A stretch of 64,000 nt of DNA from an uncultured Verrucomicrobiae bacterium (GTDB lineage Bacteria; Verrucomicrobiota; Verrucomicrobiia; Chthoniobacterales; JAFAMB01). Positions 1 through 11,205 of the stretch are shown piece after piece. The DNA is taken from NCBI GenBank assembly GCA_963762565.1, contig CAVXLD010000003.1:480001-544000 (forward strand), given 5' to 3'. Position numbers and translations under genes: made by a program. Each line of letters begins with the position of its first letter. Position 1 is the first letter of the stretch. The notes under the pieces were generated by a model. That model was not told where the DNA came from. It did no database searches and saw only the letters and a list, made by a program, of their open reading frames with translations.

Positions 1-7
1 CGGGCGT

Positions 8-138
8 GGGAGGGATCGCGTCCTCGTCCGGCAGCTGCCGGATCGTTCGCGGAGCCGACCGCCCTTTGATATCGCGGATTTACATACGTTCACAGGGGAG
101 GAACATCTTCGCGGCGCGCGAGGACGCGCGCCCTCCCA
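8..138. repeat. REP-like inverted repeat unit (GGGAGGGATCGCGTCCTCG ... CGAGGACGCGCGCCCTCCC); related copies at ~9240-9344 and, partially, ~59034-59121
   Basis: Imperfect inverted arms visible in the sequence; the same arms recur in other intergenic regions. Confidence 0.65.
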
Positions 139-476
139 GTCAGGGCGTTATCCCCGTTTCGCCCATTCGCCCCCTGGCTTTCTTTGGTGGGGCGAGGTTC
201 CCGCAGAATGTTGCGATTTCGCGGAGGATTAGATTTTGAGCGGGCAACATTGCGGCTAGGTCGGTAAGCGCGCCGAGCCGCGGTCCAGCGCTGGGCCCGG
301 CTCGGCGCGCTTATCCCCATAGCCAGACGCCTTGTTGCCGCGAGCTTAATCTCTCCGCCAAGCCCGCAAGGTCGTTCGGGAGCCTCGCCCCACCAAATTG
401 CTTCGCCCATCGCTCCGCTCCCGGCGCTGTCGGCGTTGTCATTGACGCTATTCAAGTCCATCGGTAATTTTCAGGC

Positions 477-1097
477 GTGCCGAAGTTGGTCATACCGCGC
501 AAGGCTGTCTATCGTCTGTCGCTTTACTATCGGGTATTGGAACGCCTCAATCAGAACCGAATTGAGACAGTTTCGTCGGACGCGTTAGCGAAAGCAGCCG
601 GTGTGAAGCCGACTCAACTCCGCAAAGATCTGACCTATTTCGGCCAATTCGGGACTCGTGGACTGGGTTATAAGGTCGATTCTTTGCTGGCGAAGCTTAC
701 CGGCGTCTTAAGAACCACCCGGTTTCAACCGGTGATCCTCGTCGGGGCCGGGAACCTTGGTTCCGCTTTGTTGCGCTATGACGGGTTCGCCAAGGAGGGG
801 TTCGAAATCGTAGCCGCTTTTGATAGCCGGCCCGAGGGAGTAAAAACCGATAATTGCAAGGTGCCGATTCAGCCCGTCGAACAAATGAAAGAGTTCGTCC
901 GGGAACACAGTATCAAATTAGCGATTTTAGCGGTCCCAGGGGTTGCGGCACAAGAGGTGACCAATCAGCTGGTGGAAGCGGGGATACAAGCTATTCTGAA
1001 CTTCTCGCCGTTGATCTTGCAGGTTCCGCCGCATGTGGTGGTCAACAACGTGAACCTGGCGATCGAGTTGGAAAATCTCACGTACTTTATTACTTAG
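477..1097 (+). CDS. rex: Redox-sensing transcriptional repressor Rex
   Basis: N-terminal winged helix (RLSLYYR, QLRKDLTYFGQFGTRGLGY), Rossmann motif VGAGNLG, C-terminal ILNFSP. Confidence 0.95.
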   Translation: MPKLVIPRKAVYRLSLYYRVLERLNQNRIETVSSDALAKAAGVKPTQLRKDLTYFGQFGTRGLGYKVDSLLAKLTGVLRTTRFQPVILVGAGNLGSALLRYDGFAKEGFEIVAAFDSRPEGVKTDNCKVPIQPVEQMKEFVREHSIKLAILAVPGVAAQEVTNQLVEAGIQAILNFSPLILQVPPHVVVNNVNLAIELENLTYFIT

Positions 1098-1158
1098 ATT
1101 GGACTTTGTGGGGTGGTAGAGGGGTGGGCGTGCGTTTCGCAATCTGGGTGGTGGCGGA

Positions 1159-1233
1159 GGCGAAACGGCGAATGGGCGACACGGCGATGGGGCGATTTCG
1201 CCGGCGCGCCCATTCGCCGAGTCGCCGTTTCGC
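1159..1233. repeat. Octamer-repeat hairpin (GGCGAAAC/GGCGAATG units followed by their reverse complements) between convergent genes
   Basis: Tandem 8-mers followed by an inverted set; located between the rex stop and the regulator stop. Confidence 0.6.
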
Positions 1234-1281
1234 CCCTTCGCGGCATCGGAGCTGCACGCTAATAACGTTCGGGCAGGAGCG

Positions 1282-1845
1282 TTACACCCCTAATCGCGGT
1301 CCCGTGTGGCCGAGAATTTTCACCGTTTGATTGAGCTGATCGATCTTTAAAGGCTTCTTCAAAACGGTGACTGGGCTAATCTGCAAGATGCGATCAAGAA
1401 CCTCGGAATCCGGATACCCAGTGATCACAATCACATTAAGGTCGGGATCAATCTGCTTGGCGTTCCGATAAACTTGGTCTCCTGGTGCATCAGGAAGCTG
1501 GAGGTCCAAGAACATCAGATCAAATTTCTGTTTTTTCAGGCTGGCAATCGCGTCCTTGGCTGTGCCGACCACGACCCGGCTAAACCCAACTTTCTTCAGG
1601 AAATTTCGGAATAGCTCTTGTAACCCGGGATCGTCGTCCACCACGAGAACGGTGGGTTGTCCCTGCTTATCCTGGTGCAAGATATCGCGATCCAGCGACG
1701 ATTTCTTAATCCGCCATCGTCCTCCGATCTGAATTGCCGGGATCTGACCTCGCTGGACCAAGTAGTAAACGGTTGGGAGAGGGATTCTTAGGTATTCCGC
1801 TGTTTCTTTAACCGTCAGCAGATTATGGTTCGGGGGCTCGCTCAC
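1282..1845 (-). CDS. Response regulator with N-terminal excisionase-like (HTH_17) DNA-binding domain and C-terminal receiver domain
   Basis: LLTVKETAEYLRIPLPTVYYLVQRGQIPAIQIGGRWRI, then receiver motifs VLVVDDD, FLDLQLP, ITG, KP. Confidence 0.88.
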   Translation of the reverse strand: MSEPPNHNLLTVKETAEYLRIPLPTVYYLVQRGQIPAIQIGGRWRIKKSSLDRDILHQDKQGQPTVLVVDDDPGLQELFRNFLKKVGFSRVVVGTAKDAIASLKKQKFDLMFLDLQLPDAPGDQVYRNAKQIDPDLNVIVITGYPDSEVLDRILQISPVTVLKKPLKIDQLNQTVKILGHTGPRLGV

Positions 1846-1967
1846 AAATATCGGCTTAGCAGATCCAGTTGAATTTGAATGTAGGATTGTTATGAGATTA
1901 CGACAGGTTCGTCAATAGAACGTTTTTTGGCCGCGATACAGGCGGACTCGCCCTGAAGCTCGTCCGC

Positions 1968-2064
1968 ATGACAAATGACAGATGACGGATGACAAATGTC
2001 AGAGATAGACTGCAGGTGACCGAAGGATCTCCGAATCTGTGATTTGTCATCTGTCATTTGCCAT
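1968..2064. repeat. Heptamer tandem-repeat hairpin (ATGACAA/ATGACAG units and inverse); same family at ~55455-55530, 56829-56955 and 62955-63025
   Basis: Direct 7-mer runs followed by reverse-complement runs. Confidence 0.8.
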
Positions 2065-2109
2065 TTCTAGTGAGCCTAAGGCGAATTCGGAAAACAGGAC
2101 GCTAAACTA

Positions 2110-3519
<1,410 letters not shown>

Positions 3520-3544
3520 CCTGTGCTCGGCTTAGCCTAGCACT

Positions 3545-3783
3545 GTGAGAAGTGAGAGGTGAGAGGTGAGAAGTGATTGGTAACGCTCTCGCGCAGGTCA
3601 CGCTGCAACCGCTTGCGTCCGTCCCATAAGTCCCATCTGTCCCATAGAGCCTGTCGCGCCGTAGGCTTGGCGGAGGCGGATCCCATTTGTGGCTGGCTCC
3701 CGGACTCTCACTTTGCGGGCGACTCGCCATCACCCAACACCCAACCACTTCTCACCTCTCACCAATCACCTCTCACTTCTCAC
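3545..3783. repeat. Heptamer-repeat (GTGAGAA/GTGAGAG) inverted structure between convergent fumC and peptidase genes, with an internal REP-like CCTGTCGCGCCGTAGGCTTGGCGGAGGCGG unit
   Basis: 7-mer run at 3545-3580 and its reverse complement at ~3748-3783; related runs at ~8892-8927 and ~58799-58830. Confidence 0.7.
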
Positions 3784-3791
3784 GTGCGAGG

Positions 3792-4556
3792 CTAACCGAG
3801 CACAATCTCGACCGCTCGCTGAATAGCCGCAGCATGCGCTTGTACCCGTGAGCTTAACTCATATTCAGACGGCGTTTCGAAGGTAATCGTGTGGTGACTA
3901 TGATTGAAGGCGAGATAGGCGGCCTCGGGCATCACTGGATATTGTTTTACCCGGATGCGACGTTTGATCGAGCCTTGGAGGGCCCTACGGCCCTCGATCT
4001 TTTTCCGGAGATCGATCGGCACGTAATAGCCGGCCGCAGTGAGTAATTCGAGGCCGATAGGACGGTCAGCCGATCCTCCCTGCCTGACTTCGTACAGATA
4101 AACTCCCTGAGCGTCATAGTCCTCATGCAAACACATGGACAGGGAAAAAGAGTAACCTTTTAACAATTCCTTCTGAGCCTTGATCTCGGGGACGTTGTCC
4201 AAGTGATAGCTACGATTAAGGTCACGGCCGTCAGCGTCGACTCGAGTGTTATGAACCAGGCCCCAAGGATTTAAACAAGGCAGAAGGAACAACGGCAAAC
4301 GGCGAAGGTACTTCAGGTTCAATTCGGCCCACAGATAGAGACCTTCGGTGGAAGCGGGTTCATCGCCGTGAATCCCGGCCGAGAGATAGATTCCCTCCGT
4401 GGTTTCAAGCGCAGGGGAGCGGACACAGAGAAGTTCGTACTGGTCGGAAGTGGCGAAAGACTCGCAACCGAGCTGCGCCCTGCGCGCCAAGCTCTTCCAC
4501 CGACGAGCAAGATAGAGATAATCGTGAGCGCGATGGGTTTGAAAATCGAACGTCAT
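3792..4556 (-). CDS. M14-family zinc carboxypeptidase, MpaA-like (putative murein peptide amidase)
   Basis: Zinc motif GIHGDE, NPWG...R...DLNR, LHED, ETPS; overlaps the mpl stop by 4 nt. Confidence 0.78.
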   Translation of the reverse strand: MTFDFQTHRAHDYLYLARRWKSLARRAQLGCESFATSDQYELLCVRSPALETTEGIYLSAGIHGDEPASTEGLYLWAELNLKYLRRLPLFLLPCLNPWGLVHNTRVDADGRDLNRSYHLDNVPEIKAQKELLKGYSFSLSMCLHEDYDAQGVYLYEVRQGGSADRPIGLELLTAAGYYVPIDLRKKIEGRRALQGSIKRRIRVKQYPVMPEAAYLAFNHSHHTITFETPSEYELSSRVQAHAAAIQRAVEIVLG

Positions 4557-5947
4557 CCAGCGGCTAATTCTTTCAGCAACTTATCGTGGATACCGCCGAA
4601 GCCGCCATTACTAAATACCACTACCGCGTCACCAGAGCTGGCCAATGGTTTGACCCGTTTTACGATTTCATCGACGCCGGCCTCGCAAAAAGCTGGCTTA
4701 CCGGCGTCTTTGATCGTCTGGATCACTTTAGCCGGGTCTAACCGCTCATTAACCGGTAGTTGATCGAGCCGGGCTACCGGCGCCATGATCACTCCGTCCG
4801 CCAGACCGAGCGCCGCTGCTAATTCAGACTGAAACACCGCCCGCCGCGTGGTGTTAGTTCTGGGTTCAAAGATGGCCCAAAGCCGGCCCTTGGGATAGCG
4901 GCAACGCAACGCAAGCAGGGTCTCTTTAATCGCGGTTGGATGATGCCCGAAATCGTCGATAACCTTGATTCCGTTTACTTCTCCACGCACGTCCTGCCTC
5001 CTGGCCACCCCGCTGAAACTCCTGACGGCTTTTTGAATGACCTCCGTTGGAATCCCGTAAGTCCGCGCAACCGAGATCGCCATCGTAGCATTACGGACGT
5101 TGAATGCACCCAACAGTTGCATTTCAAACCTGTCAGCGCCCAGCGTGAAAGCCGAGCCGTACTCATGATATTCAACGTTTGTTATCCGAATGTTAGCCGA
5201 TTCCGCCAACCCAACGGTATAGACAGGAGCGAATGAATGATCGGTAACCGCGGCGCAGCGCGGGTCATCCCCGTTGATGAAAATCCGGCCGCTGTGCGGG
5301 ACTATGTTTACCAGACGTCGGAAGCTGACCAGGATCTCCTCTAAGTTCTGAAAGATGTCTGCGTGATCGAACTCGACGTTATTGATTACTAACGTTTGAG
5401 GTAAGTAATGCAAAAACTTTGAGCGCTTGTCGAAAAAGGCGGTGTCGTATTCGTCACCTTCAATCACGAAATAGGGAGAATCAGGGAACGCCGCGCCCTG
5501 TCCCAAGTCCTTCGCGATCCCACCGATTAGGAAACCTGGATCCAAATCAGCCGTCCGAAAAATCCAGGTTAGTAACGAAGTCGTGGTCGTTTTCCCGTGG
5601 GTTCCGGTGACCACAACGTTTTGTTTTCCCTGCAAAAAGAATTCTTTTAGCGTCTCCGGAAGTGACCGGTACAAAAGGTTCCGATCTAGGACCGCTTCCA
5701 GTTCCGGGTTCCCTCTCGAGATCGCATTACCGATTATCACTAAGTCGACATCGGGAGGCAGATTCTCCGGACGAAACCCGCTGGCAATTGGGATCTCCTT
5801 TGTGGCCAGGAAGGTTGACATTGGAGGATAGACATTGTCGTCGGAGCCGGAGACAACGTACCCACGATCACGGATGGCGGCAGCGACCGCTCCCATAGCG
5901 GTTCCGCAGATACCAATAAAATGAATTCGCCGGACAGGTTTCAGCAT
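4553..5947 (-). CDS. mpl: UDP-N-acetylmuramate:L-Ala-gamma-D-Glu-meso-DAP ligase (murein peptide ligase)
   Basis: IHFIGICGTAMG, YPPMST, GTHGKTTT, EGDEYDTAFFDKRSKFLHY, DDFGHHPTAI, FSNGGFGGIH; ATG at 5947 chosen as start. Confidence 0.93.
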   Translation of the reverse strand: MLKPVRRIHFIGICGTAMGAVAAAIRDRGYVVSGSDDNVYPPMSTFLATKEIPIASGFRPENLPPDVDLVIIGNAISRGNPELEAVLDRNLLYRSLPETLKEFFLQGKQNVVVTGTHGKTTTTSLLTWIFRTADLDPGFLIGGIAKDLGQGAAFPDSPYFVIEGDEYDTAFFDKRSKFLHYLPQTLVINNVEFDHADIFQNLEEILVSFRRLVNIVPHSGRIFINGDDPRCAAVTDHSFAPVYTVGLAESANIRITNVEYHEYGSAFTLGADRFEMQLLGAFNVRNATMAISVARTYGIPTEVIQKAVRSFSGVARRQDVRGEVNGIKVIDDFGHHPTAIKETLLALRCRYPKGRLWAIFEPRTNTTRRAVFQSELAAALGLADGVIMAPVARLDQLPVNERLDPAKVIQTIKDAGKPAFCEAGVDEIVKRVKPLASSGDAVVVFSNGGFGGIHDKLLKELAAG

Positions 5948-6040
5948 TAAATACAAAGTGCCTGATAGTTACGTGCCTGCAGATCGGACCCCGACACTAT
6001 GCCGAAGGTCGGCGGAAGCGAAAGGGGAAAAAGGGGAGCT

Positions 6041-6247
6041 GGTAGGGCGAGGCTCCCGAACGACCTTAATAGGTTCGCGGAGCGACCGACGCGCTCTGAC
6101 CGGACGATCCTTCTATACCGTTAAGCCTGCCGAGCCGGGATCCGCGCAAACCACGGCTCGGCGGGCGCATTGGCCTAGCAGCACCACGTGCATCGGTAAG
6201 TTTATTCCTTCGCGAACCGTCAAAGGTCATTCGGGAGCCTCGCCCTA
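6041..6247. repeat. REP doublet/MITE-like unit with arms GGTAGGGCGAGGCTCCCGAA ... TTCGGGAGCCTCGCCCT; related at ~375-393 and 60670-60936
   Basis: Near-perfect inverted arms ~200 bp apart; the arm recurs elsewhere in the window. Confidence 0.75.
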
Positions 6248-6261
6248 ACAGCGTAAATTAA

Positions 6262-6606
6262 TTACTTTGGCTCCAGCATCTCAATTAATGCCTGATCGCC
6301 GTTGAGCAGGTAAAACGCGACGAAGGTCATCGATTCTGAGTTGGAGGCATTTCCGAAATTCGCAATGATGGCGCCCGCAGGCTCATGGAAGGCAGACCCG
6401 GCAGGTAGAATTTGCTCGCGTTCACCCTCGATCTGGTAGGTGGCGGTTCCTTCTACGATATATCCTAATACGGCGCAGGGGTGCAGATGACGCCCCGACT
6501 GTTGTCCCGGTTGCAACCGGATTTCACGCACATCCGCCGAAGTGAAAACGCCGTTTTTGAAAACCGCTTTCAGAAGTTCTTTTCGTTCAATCGGTGGTTG
6601 GCTCAT
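6262..6606 (-). CDS. Cupin domain protein
   Basis: Cupin motifs GRHLHP...GYIVEG and LPAGSAFHEPAG; likely start MSQPP at 6606. Confidence 0.8.
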   Translation of the reverse strand: MSQPPIERKELLKAVFKNGVFTSADVREIRLQPGQQSGRHLHPCAVLGYIVEGTATYQIEGEREQILPAGSAFHEPAGAIIANFGNASNSESMTFVAFYLLNGDQALIEMLEPK

Positions 6607-6699
6607 GGGACGAAAATAGCAAATAGCAGATGTCGCTTTACGTGGTTCATCATTTTTGTTCTTCTCCAAGGGCTGTGACGCGAGAAGCCAGCCTCCGAA

Positions 6700-7038
6700 T
6701 TGGAAAATCTTCTGGGATGGGTCGCCTTTGAGATAGTTGCCGGAGTTGCCGGCATTGCTCTTTTGAATCAACTCGGTCAGGGGCGTTTCGGTCTGCCCTG
6801 GCTAGGGCTCGTTGTCGGTGTTCATTTCTTTGGCATGGGCGCCGCTTTTCATACGTCGATCCATCATTGGGTGGGGGCCGCCATGTGTTTGGTGGCCCTC
6901 GTTTCACTGATTTGGTTGCCGTCAAAGCAAGCTGGCGCCGGCACGGTTAGGGTTTCTGACTTGGTAGCGGGGATAGGTTGTGCGGTGACTCTTTGGGGTT
7001 TCGTTCTGATCAGTTCTCGAAGTGGAGCTAGGAGGTAG
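6700..7038 (+). CDS. Hypothetical membrane protein (possibly 5'-truncated)
   Basis: Four hydrophobic segments and a VVGVHFF motif; start uncertain. Confidence 0.5.
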   Translation: MENLLGWVAFEIVAGVAGIALLNQLGQGRFGLPWLGLVVGVHFFGMGAAFHTSIHHWVGAAMCLVALVSLIWLPSKQAGAGTVRVSDLVAGIGCAVTLWGFVLISSRSGARR

Positions 7039-7049
7039 AAGGGGTACGC

Positions 7050-7240
7050 GGGGAATAACCCAGCGCGATGCATCTGCCCTAACGGCTTCGGTTCATTGTG
7101 GACCCAGGCCAGGTATAACTGCAAACCCCTGGGTCGTTCCCGGGAGCCGCCTGTTTTCACACGTTCCGGTTGGGCTACCGCTGAGCCAAATATCGCGGGA
7201 CCGGCTGAGGTACGCGCTAAAGCGGCTCCCCTCCAGACGT
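7050..7240. repeat. Partial copy of the nested-IR MITE-like family (CCCGGGAGCCGCCTGTT / AAAGCGGCTCCCCTCCAG)
   Basis: Shares arms with copies at 29297-29582, 44952-45237 and 54798-55066. Confidence 0.65.
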
Positions 7241-7410
7241 TGGGCGACAATACGCCGCATCGACGTGCCGGCCTCTTCCGAGGACGAGGACGACGACGAG
7301 GACGAGAACGATTCCTGCAGGTCAGCCTCTCCTAGCTCCTCCACTGCTTACTGCTTACTGCTTACTGATTACCGCTTGCGGCTGACCCGTCCCCGGTCTC
7401 CTTTCTCCCC

Positions 7411-8895
7411 ATGGACCCCTATCAAAAGCTTTTGGAACGGTTTAAGGAGGCACGCCTACTCACTTCGACCTCATCGATCCTCAATTGGGACGAAGAGACG
7501 TACTTACCGAAAAAAGGCGTTCGATATCGAGCGGAGCAGCTCAGTTATTTAGCTTCCAAAGCCCATGTGCTTAGCACGGCTCCGGAGGTGGGGGAATGGC
7601 TGAGTGCGTGCGAACAGGCCGGTTATCCTAAGGACTCGGATGAGGAGGCCAATGTTTATAATTGGCGGCATGATTACGATTTAGCCACTAAGTTGCCGGT
7701 TAGTTTCGTTGAAGACTTCGAACGGTCCGCCGCTCTGGCCCGGGAAGCGTGGAAAGAGGCTCGTCTGGCCGGCAATTTCGCCGGGTTCCAACCGCACTTG
7801 CAGAAGATGGTGGATCTGAACAAACAGAAGGCCGACCTGTTCGGCTATAAAGCGTCCCCGTACGACGCTTTGTTGGACCAGTTCGAGGCGGGTGCGACGG
7901 TCAGTTACATCCGGCCGCTGTTCGCGGAATTGAAATCGGCTCTGGTGGACCTGGTCCGAGCGATCGGCTCAGAAGCTTCTGACCATGAGCCACTTGCTGG
8001 CCATTACCCTGTCGCTGAGCAACAAGCGTTTAACCAACTGATTTCGTCGGCGCTTGGTTACGATTTTGATGGTGGCCGGATCGATACCACCACTCATCCT
8101 TTTGCCACGACGCTAGGGCCGGACGATCAGAGAATCACGACCCGGTACAATGAAAATCTGTTCCAGATGTCGCTTTACGGGATCATGCATGAGACCGGGC
8201 ACGCTCTTTACGAGCAAGGACTACCGAAGGAAGCTTTTGGAACCCCTTTAGGAAGTGCGGTGTCGCTCGGTATCCATGAATCCCAATCGCGGCTTTGGGA
8301 AAATCACGTGGGCCGCAGCGCTTCCTTTTGGGACCGTTGGTATCCGGAAGCGGTCCGTTGTTTAACGGATCTGAAGCGATTCGACCCAGCAACGGTTATA
8401 CGAGGAGTACAACAAGTCCGTCCGTCGCTTATCCGAGTGGAAGCGGACGAAGTCACTTACGACCTCCATATCCTCTTACGGTTTGAGATCGAAGTCGGTC
8501 TGATTGAAGGGACCATCGCCGTACCCGATCTGCCGGCGCTTTGGAACGAACGCTTCGCCGAGTTTTTTGGGATCAAGGTCCCGAACGATCGAGTCGGCGT
8601 ACTGCAAGATATCCATTGGAGCATGGGCATGCTCGGTTATTTCCCGACGTACACCTTGGGAAATCTCAATGCCGCCCAATTGATGAATCGTGCTTCCACC
8701 GATATCGCCGGATTGAACGATGCGTTGGTCCGCGGTGAATACCGTCCATTGTTGGATTGGCTCCGGAACAATGTCCACCGGTATGGCCGCCGTTATTTGC
8801 CGAATGACCTGATGACCCGCGCCACCGGTGAACCGACCAAAGCGAAGTACCGGATTGAGTATTTGCGGGCGAAGTACGGCGGCGCTTCGCGGTGA
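7411..8895 (+). CDS. Carboxypeptidase, M32 (Taq-like) family
   Basis: HPF, HETGHALYEQG (HEXXH), HESQSRLWEN, IRVEADE, GVLQDIHW, GYFPTYTLG. Confidence 0.95.
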   Translation: MDPYQKLLERFKEARLLTSTSSILNWDEETYLPKKGVRYRAEQLSYLASKAHVLSTAPEVGEWLSACEQAGYPKDSDEEANVYNWRHDYDLATKLPVSFVEDFERSAALAREAWKEARLAGNFAGFQPHLQKMVDLNKQKADLFGYKASPYDALLDQFEAGATVSYIRPLFAELKSALVDLVRAIGSEASDHEPLAGHYPVAEQQAFNQLISSALGYDFDGGRIDTTTHPFATTLGPDDQRITTRYNENLFQMSLYGIMHETGHALYEQGLPKEAFGTPLGSAVSLGIHESQSRLWENHVGRSASFWDRWYPEAVRCLTDLKRFDPATVIRGVQQVRPSLIRVEADEVTYDLHILLRFEIEVGLIEGTIAVPDLPALWNERFAEFFGIKVPNDRVGVLQDIHWSMGMLGYFPTYTLGNLNAAQLMNRASTDIAGLNDALVRGEYRPLLDWLRNNVHRYGRRYLPNDLMTRATGEPTKAKYRIEYLRAKYGGASR

Positions 8896-9053
8896 GAAGT
8901 GATTGGTGATTGGTGAGAGGTGATTGGTAGGGCCGAGGAGGAGGCGCGAAGCGTTTAGCGCTCACAAGGCGCTTCGTTCTCCCGACTTCGCTGGCGAACA
9001 GGGGTTGCAGCTTACAGACAACAAGCTACGACGGGCAGGCTGTCCTCGTCGTC

Positions 9054-9163
9054 GTCCTTCCGACTTCGCCAACGTCCCGGTTGTGGAGCGCGCCTCGCTT
9101 GCGAGGCCGACTTCGAGCGGTTGGCAACATAGTCCATGGGCTTCGTCGGACAAGCTGTCCTCG
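9054..9163. repeat. Dispersed ~110-bp intergenic repeat (CTTCCGACTTCGCCAACGTCCCGGTTGTGGAGCGCGCCTCGCTTGCGAGGCC...); copies at ~10424-10531, 44517-44588 (reverse), 44808-44916 and 58861-58966
   Basis: Near-identical sequence at several loci, with an internal palindrome GCCTCGCTTGCGAGGC. Confidence 0.85.
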
Positions 9164-9556
9164 AATCCGGCCACGCGGAGTGATGCCCACCCGCATCGCT
9201 ACGCGAAGCGTTGCGGGTGGGGAGTGTGGGAGTGTTGCCGGGAGGGATCGCGTCCTCGCGATCCGTTGTGATAGAAACCGCGAACGTGTTTTGATCGCGG
9301 GTGGGTGGCAGGTCCTCGCGGCGCGCGGGGACGCGCGCCCTCCCCGAAAAGCATCCGCCTTGGCGGATTGGAGATGCTGAAGGCGCGACAGAAAATCGGC
9401 CACCGAGTTCAAGGAGCAGACGGCGTCAAGCGTCTGCGAGTGCCGCGCCGGAGGATGATAGATCCCTGACCTCAGGATTCTTGAACTCCTCGAACTCCTT
9501 GAACTCCTTTTTTGAACAGTTGTTGCCCCGAGCGAAGTAAAGTATCCTGCACAGCT

Positions 9557-10369
9557 GTGTACCGCCGCATCGGAGTCGCCACCACTTTTTCCCCGCGTTT
9601 CCTAGCTGTTTTAGCAGAAGCAGCCAGGATCAGTCGATTATTCGATAGCCCGTTGCATCTCATTCATGCAGCGGAAGAAACGCCGGAGAAATTGTCCCGA
9701 TTCAAAGCGGCGCTGCAAGTGCTGGACTTGCCTTCCGGGTCACCAATCCATTTCGAAAGTGGGGAAGCGTCCGAAGCAATTTTACGGGTTCAAAGCGAAA
9801 ATCAGATTGATTTGCTGATTGCGGGTGCACTGGAACATGAAAGTTTACACCGGAATTTTACCGGTGATGTTGCCCGCAAGTTGCTGGTTCAGGCGCCCTG
9901 CGATCTCTTGCTCTTTGTGGCGCCTGAGGAACAAGCCGTACAACCGGCACAGATCTTTGTTGCCATCCCGGATTTTAGTCCGTTCAGCCGGGAGACATTT
10001 CTTCGGAGTACAGAGTTTGCCGAGAAAATCGGGGCCCAAGAAGTGACTCTCCTGCATGTACAGAGCACGTTCGCCGAAGCTAAGGAGAAAGCGCTCGGGA
10101 ACGAACTCCCGGCGGTAGAAGATGCGTTGACTGAATGGATAGGCGACCGGCAAACCGGCGTGAGCCTGGATAGCCGTTCGGTGCGCGGTAACACCGGGTT
10201 TACCGCCTGCGAATTCATCCAATCGAGCGAAGCGAACCTGCTGGTTTTACCGTCTCATGTCGGTCACCCAAACCTACCGGTATTCGCTCCGGTCCTGGAC
10301 TGGATTATTCAGGTTATCCCGACCAATCTCTGGGTGATGCGCCAGGTCGGCGCCGCCGTCTCGGTGTAA
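9557..10369 (+). CDS. Universal stress protein (tandem USP domains)
   Basis: YRRIGVAT...LHLIHA, G.ASEAIL...IDLLIAG, GDVARKLL..APCDLLL, then a second USP-like domain; GTG at 9557 chosen as start. Confidence 0.8.
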   Translation: MYRRIGVATTFSPRFLAVLAEAARISRLFDSPLHLIHAAEETPEKLSRFKAALQVLDLPSGSPIHFESGEASEAILRVQSENQIDLLIAGALEHESLHRNFTGDVARKLLVQAPCDLLLFVAPEEQAVQPAQIFVAIPDFSPFSRETFLRSTEFAEKIGAQEVTLLHVQSTFAEAKEKALGNELPAVEDALTEWIGDRQTGVSLDSRSVRGNTGFTACEFIQSSEANLLVLPSHVGHPNLPVFAPVLDWIIQVIPTNLWVMRQVGAAVSV

Positions 10370-10702
10370 CCGAATCGTCCTCCCGCCTCCGCCAAGCCTA
10401 CCGCGCGGCAGGCCGTGCTCGTGCTTCCGACTTCGCCAGCGTCCAGGTTGTGGAGCGCGCCTCGCTTGCGAGGCCGACCTCGAGCGGATGGCAACCTAGA
10501 CCATGGGCTTCGTCGGACAGGCTGTGCTCGAAAAGCGCCACGAAGCCCAAGATAAAATCTCGCGCCGAGTACGCAAAGGACGCCAAGACGCAGAATTACA
10601 GAGACACAGAGAACACGGAGGTTGGAGACAGAGGTTAGGTAAAAGTTGAGCTGGGACGGCGCCGCATCCCCGGTCTCCACTCCTTTGGGGACACTAAACT
10701 GA

Positions 10703-10903
10703 AAATTTTCACAGCAAAGGTCTCAAAGGCCACAAAGATCGAATTTTAAACAGGGGCTAACAGAGGTAACGGGGTAGCTGGAATCGAGATTTGCCCGATA
10801 GCAGATCGTCTACCTTTGTTACCGTTCGGCTGAGCTCAGGTCGAAGCCTCCCTTTCCTCCTGTTCAAGGTGTCCGATCTTTGAGACCTTTGCTGTGAAAA
10901 TTT
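10703..10903. repeat. Inverted repeat unit with 26-bp arms (AAATTTTCACAGCAAAGGTCTCAAAG)
   Basis: Arms at ~10703-10728 and ~10878-10903 are reverse complements; related arms flank vapBC. Confidence 0.75.
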
Positions 10904-11058
10904 AGGTTTGCCGAGTCCCGTGTACTGGAGGTCGGAGAATCCGGTAAAGCCCACGATCAAATCCAAGCAAGGTCTTCTCCAAACTCTGTGTTCTCTGTGT
11001 CTCTGTGGTGAATTTTTTTTGACGGGGTTTCTCACCGACCCTATTGTCAAAACCTGCC

Positions 11059-11132
<74 letters not shown>

Positions 11133-11205
11133 GTGACAACGCCGTCAGCGCCGGGAAGATGATGTAGGGATATAGCGGTGGTCGCCCTTGCTTGGCGACA
11201 AGGCC

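Noticed and set aside
8924..9540. Cluster of overlapping short ORFs (similar clusters at 10309-10680, 44773-45319, 54580-55262 and 58689-59179)
   Set aside because: They coincide with GC-rich palindromic repeats and give near-identical spurious peptides at several loci.
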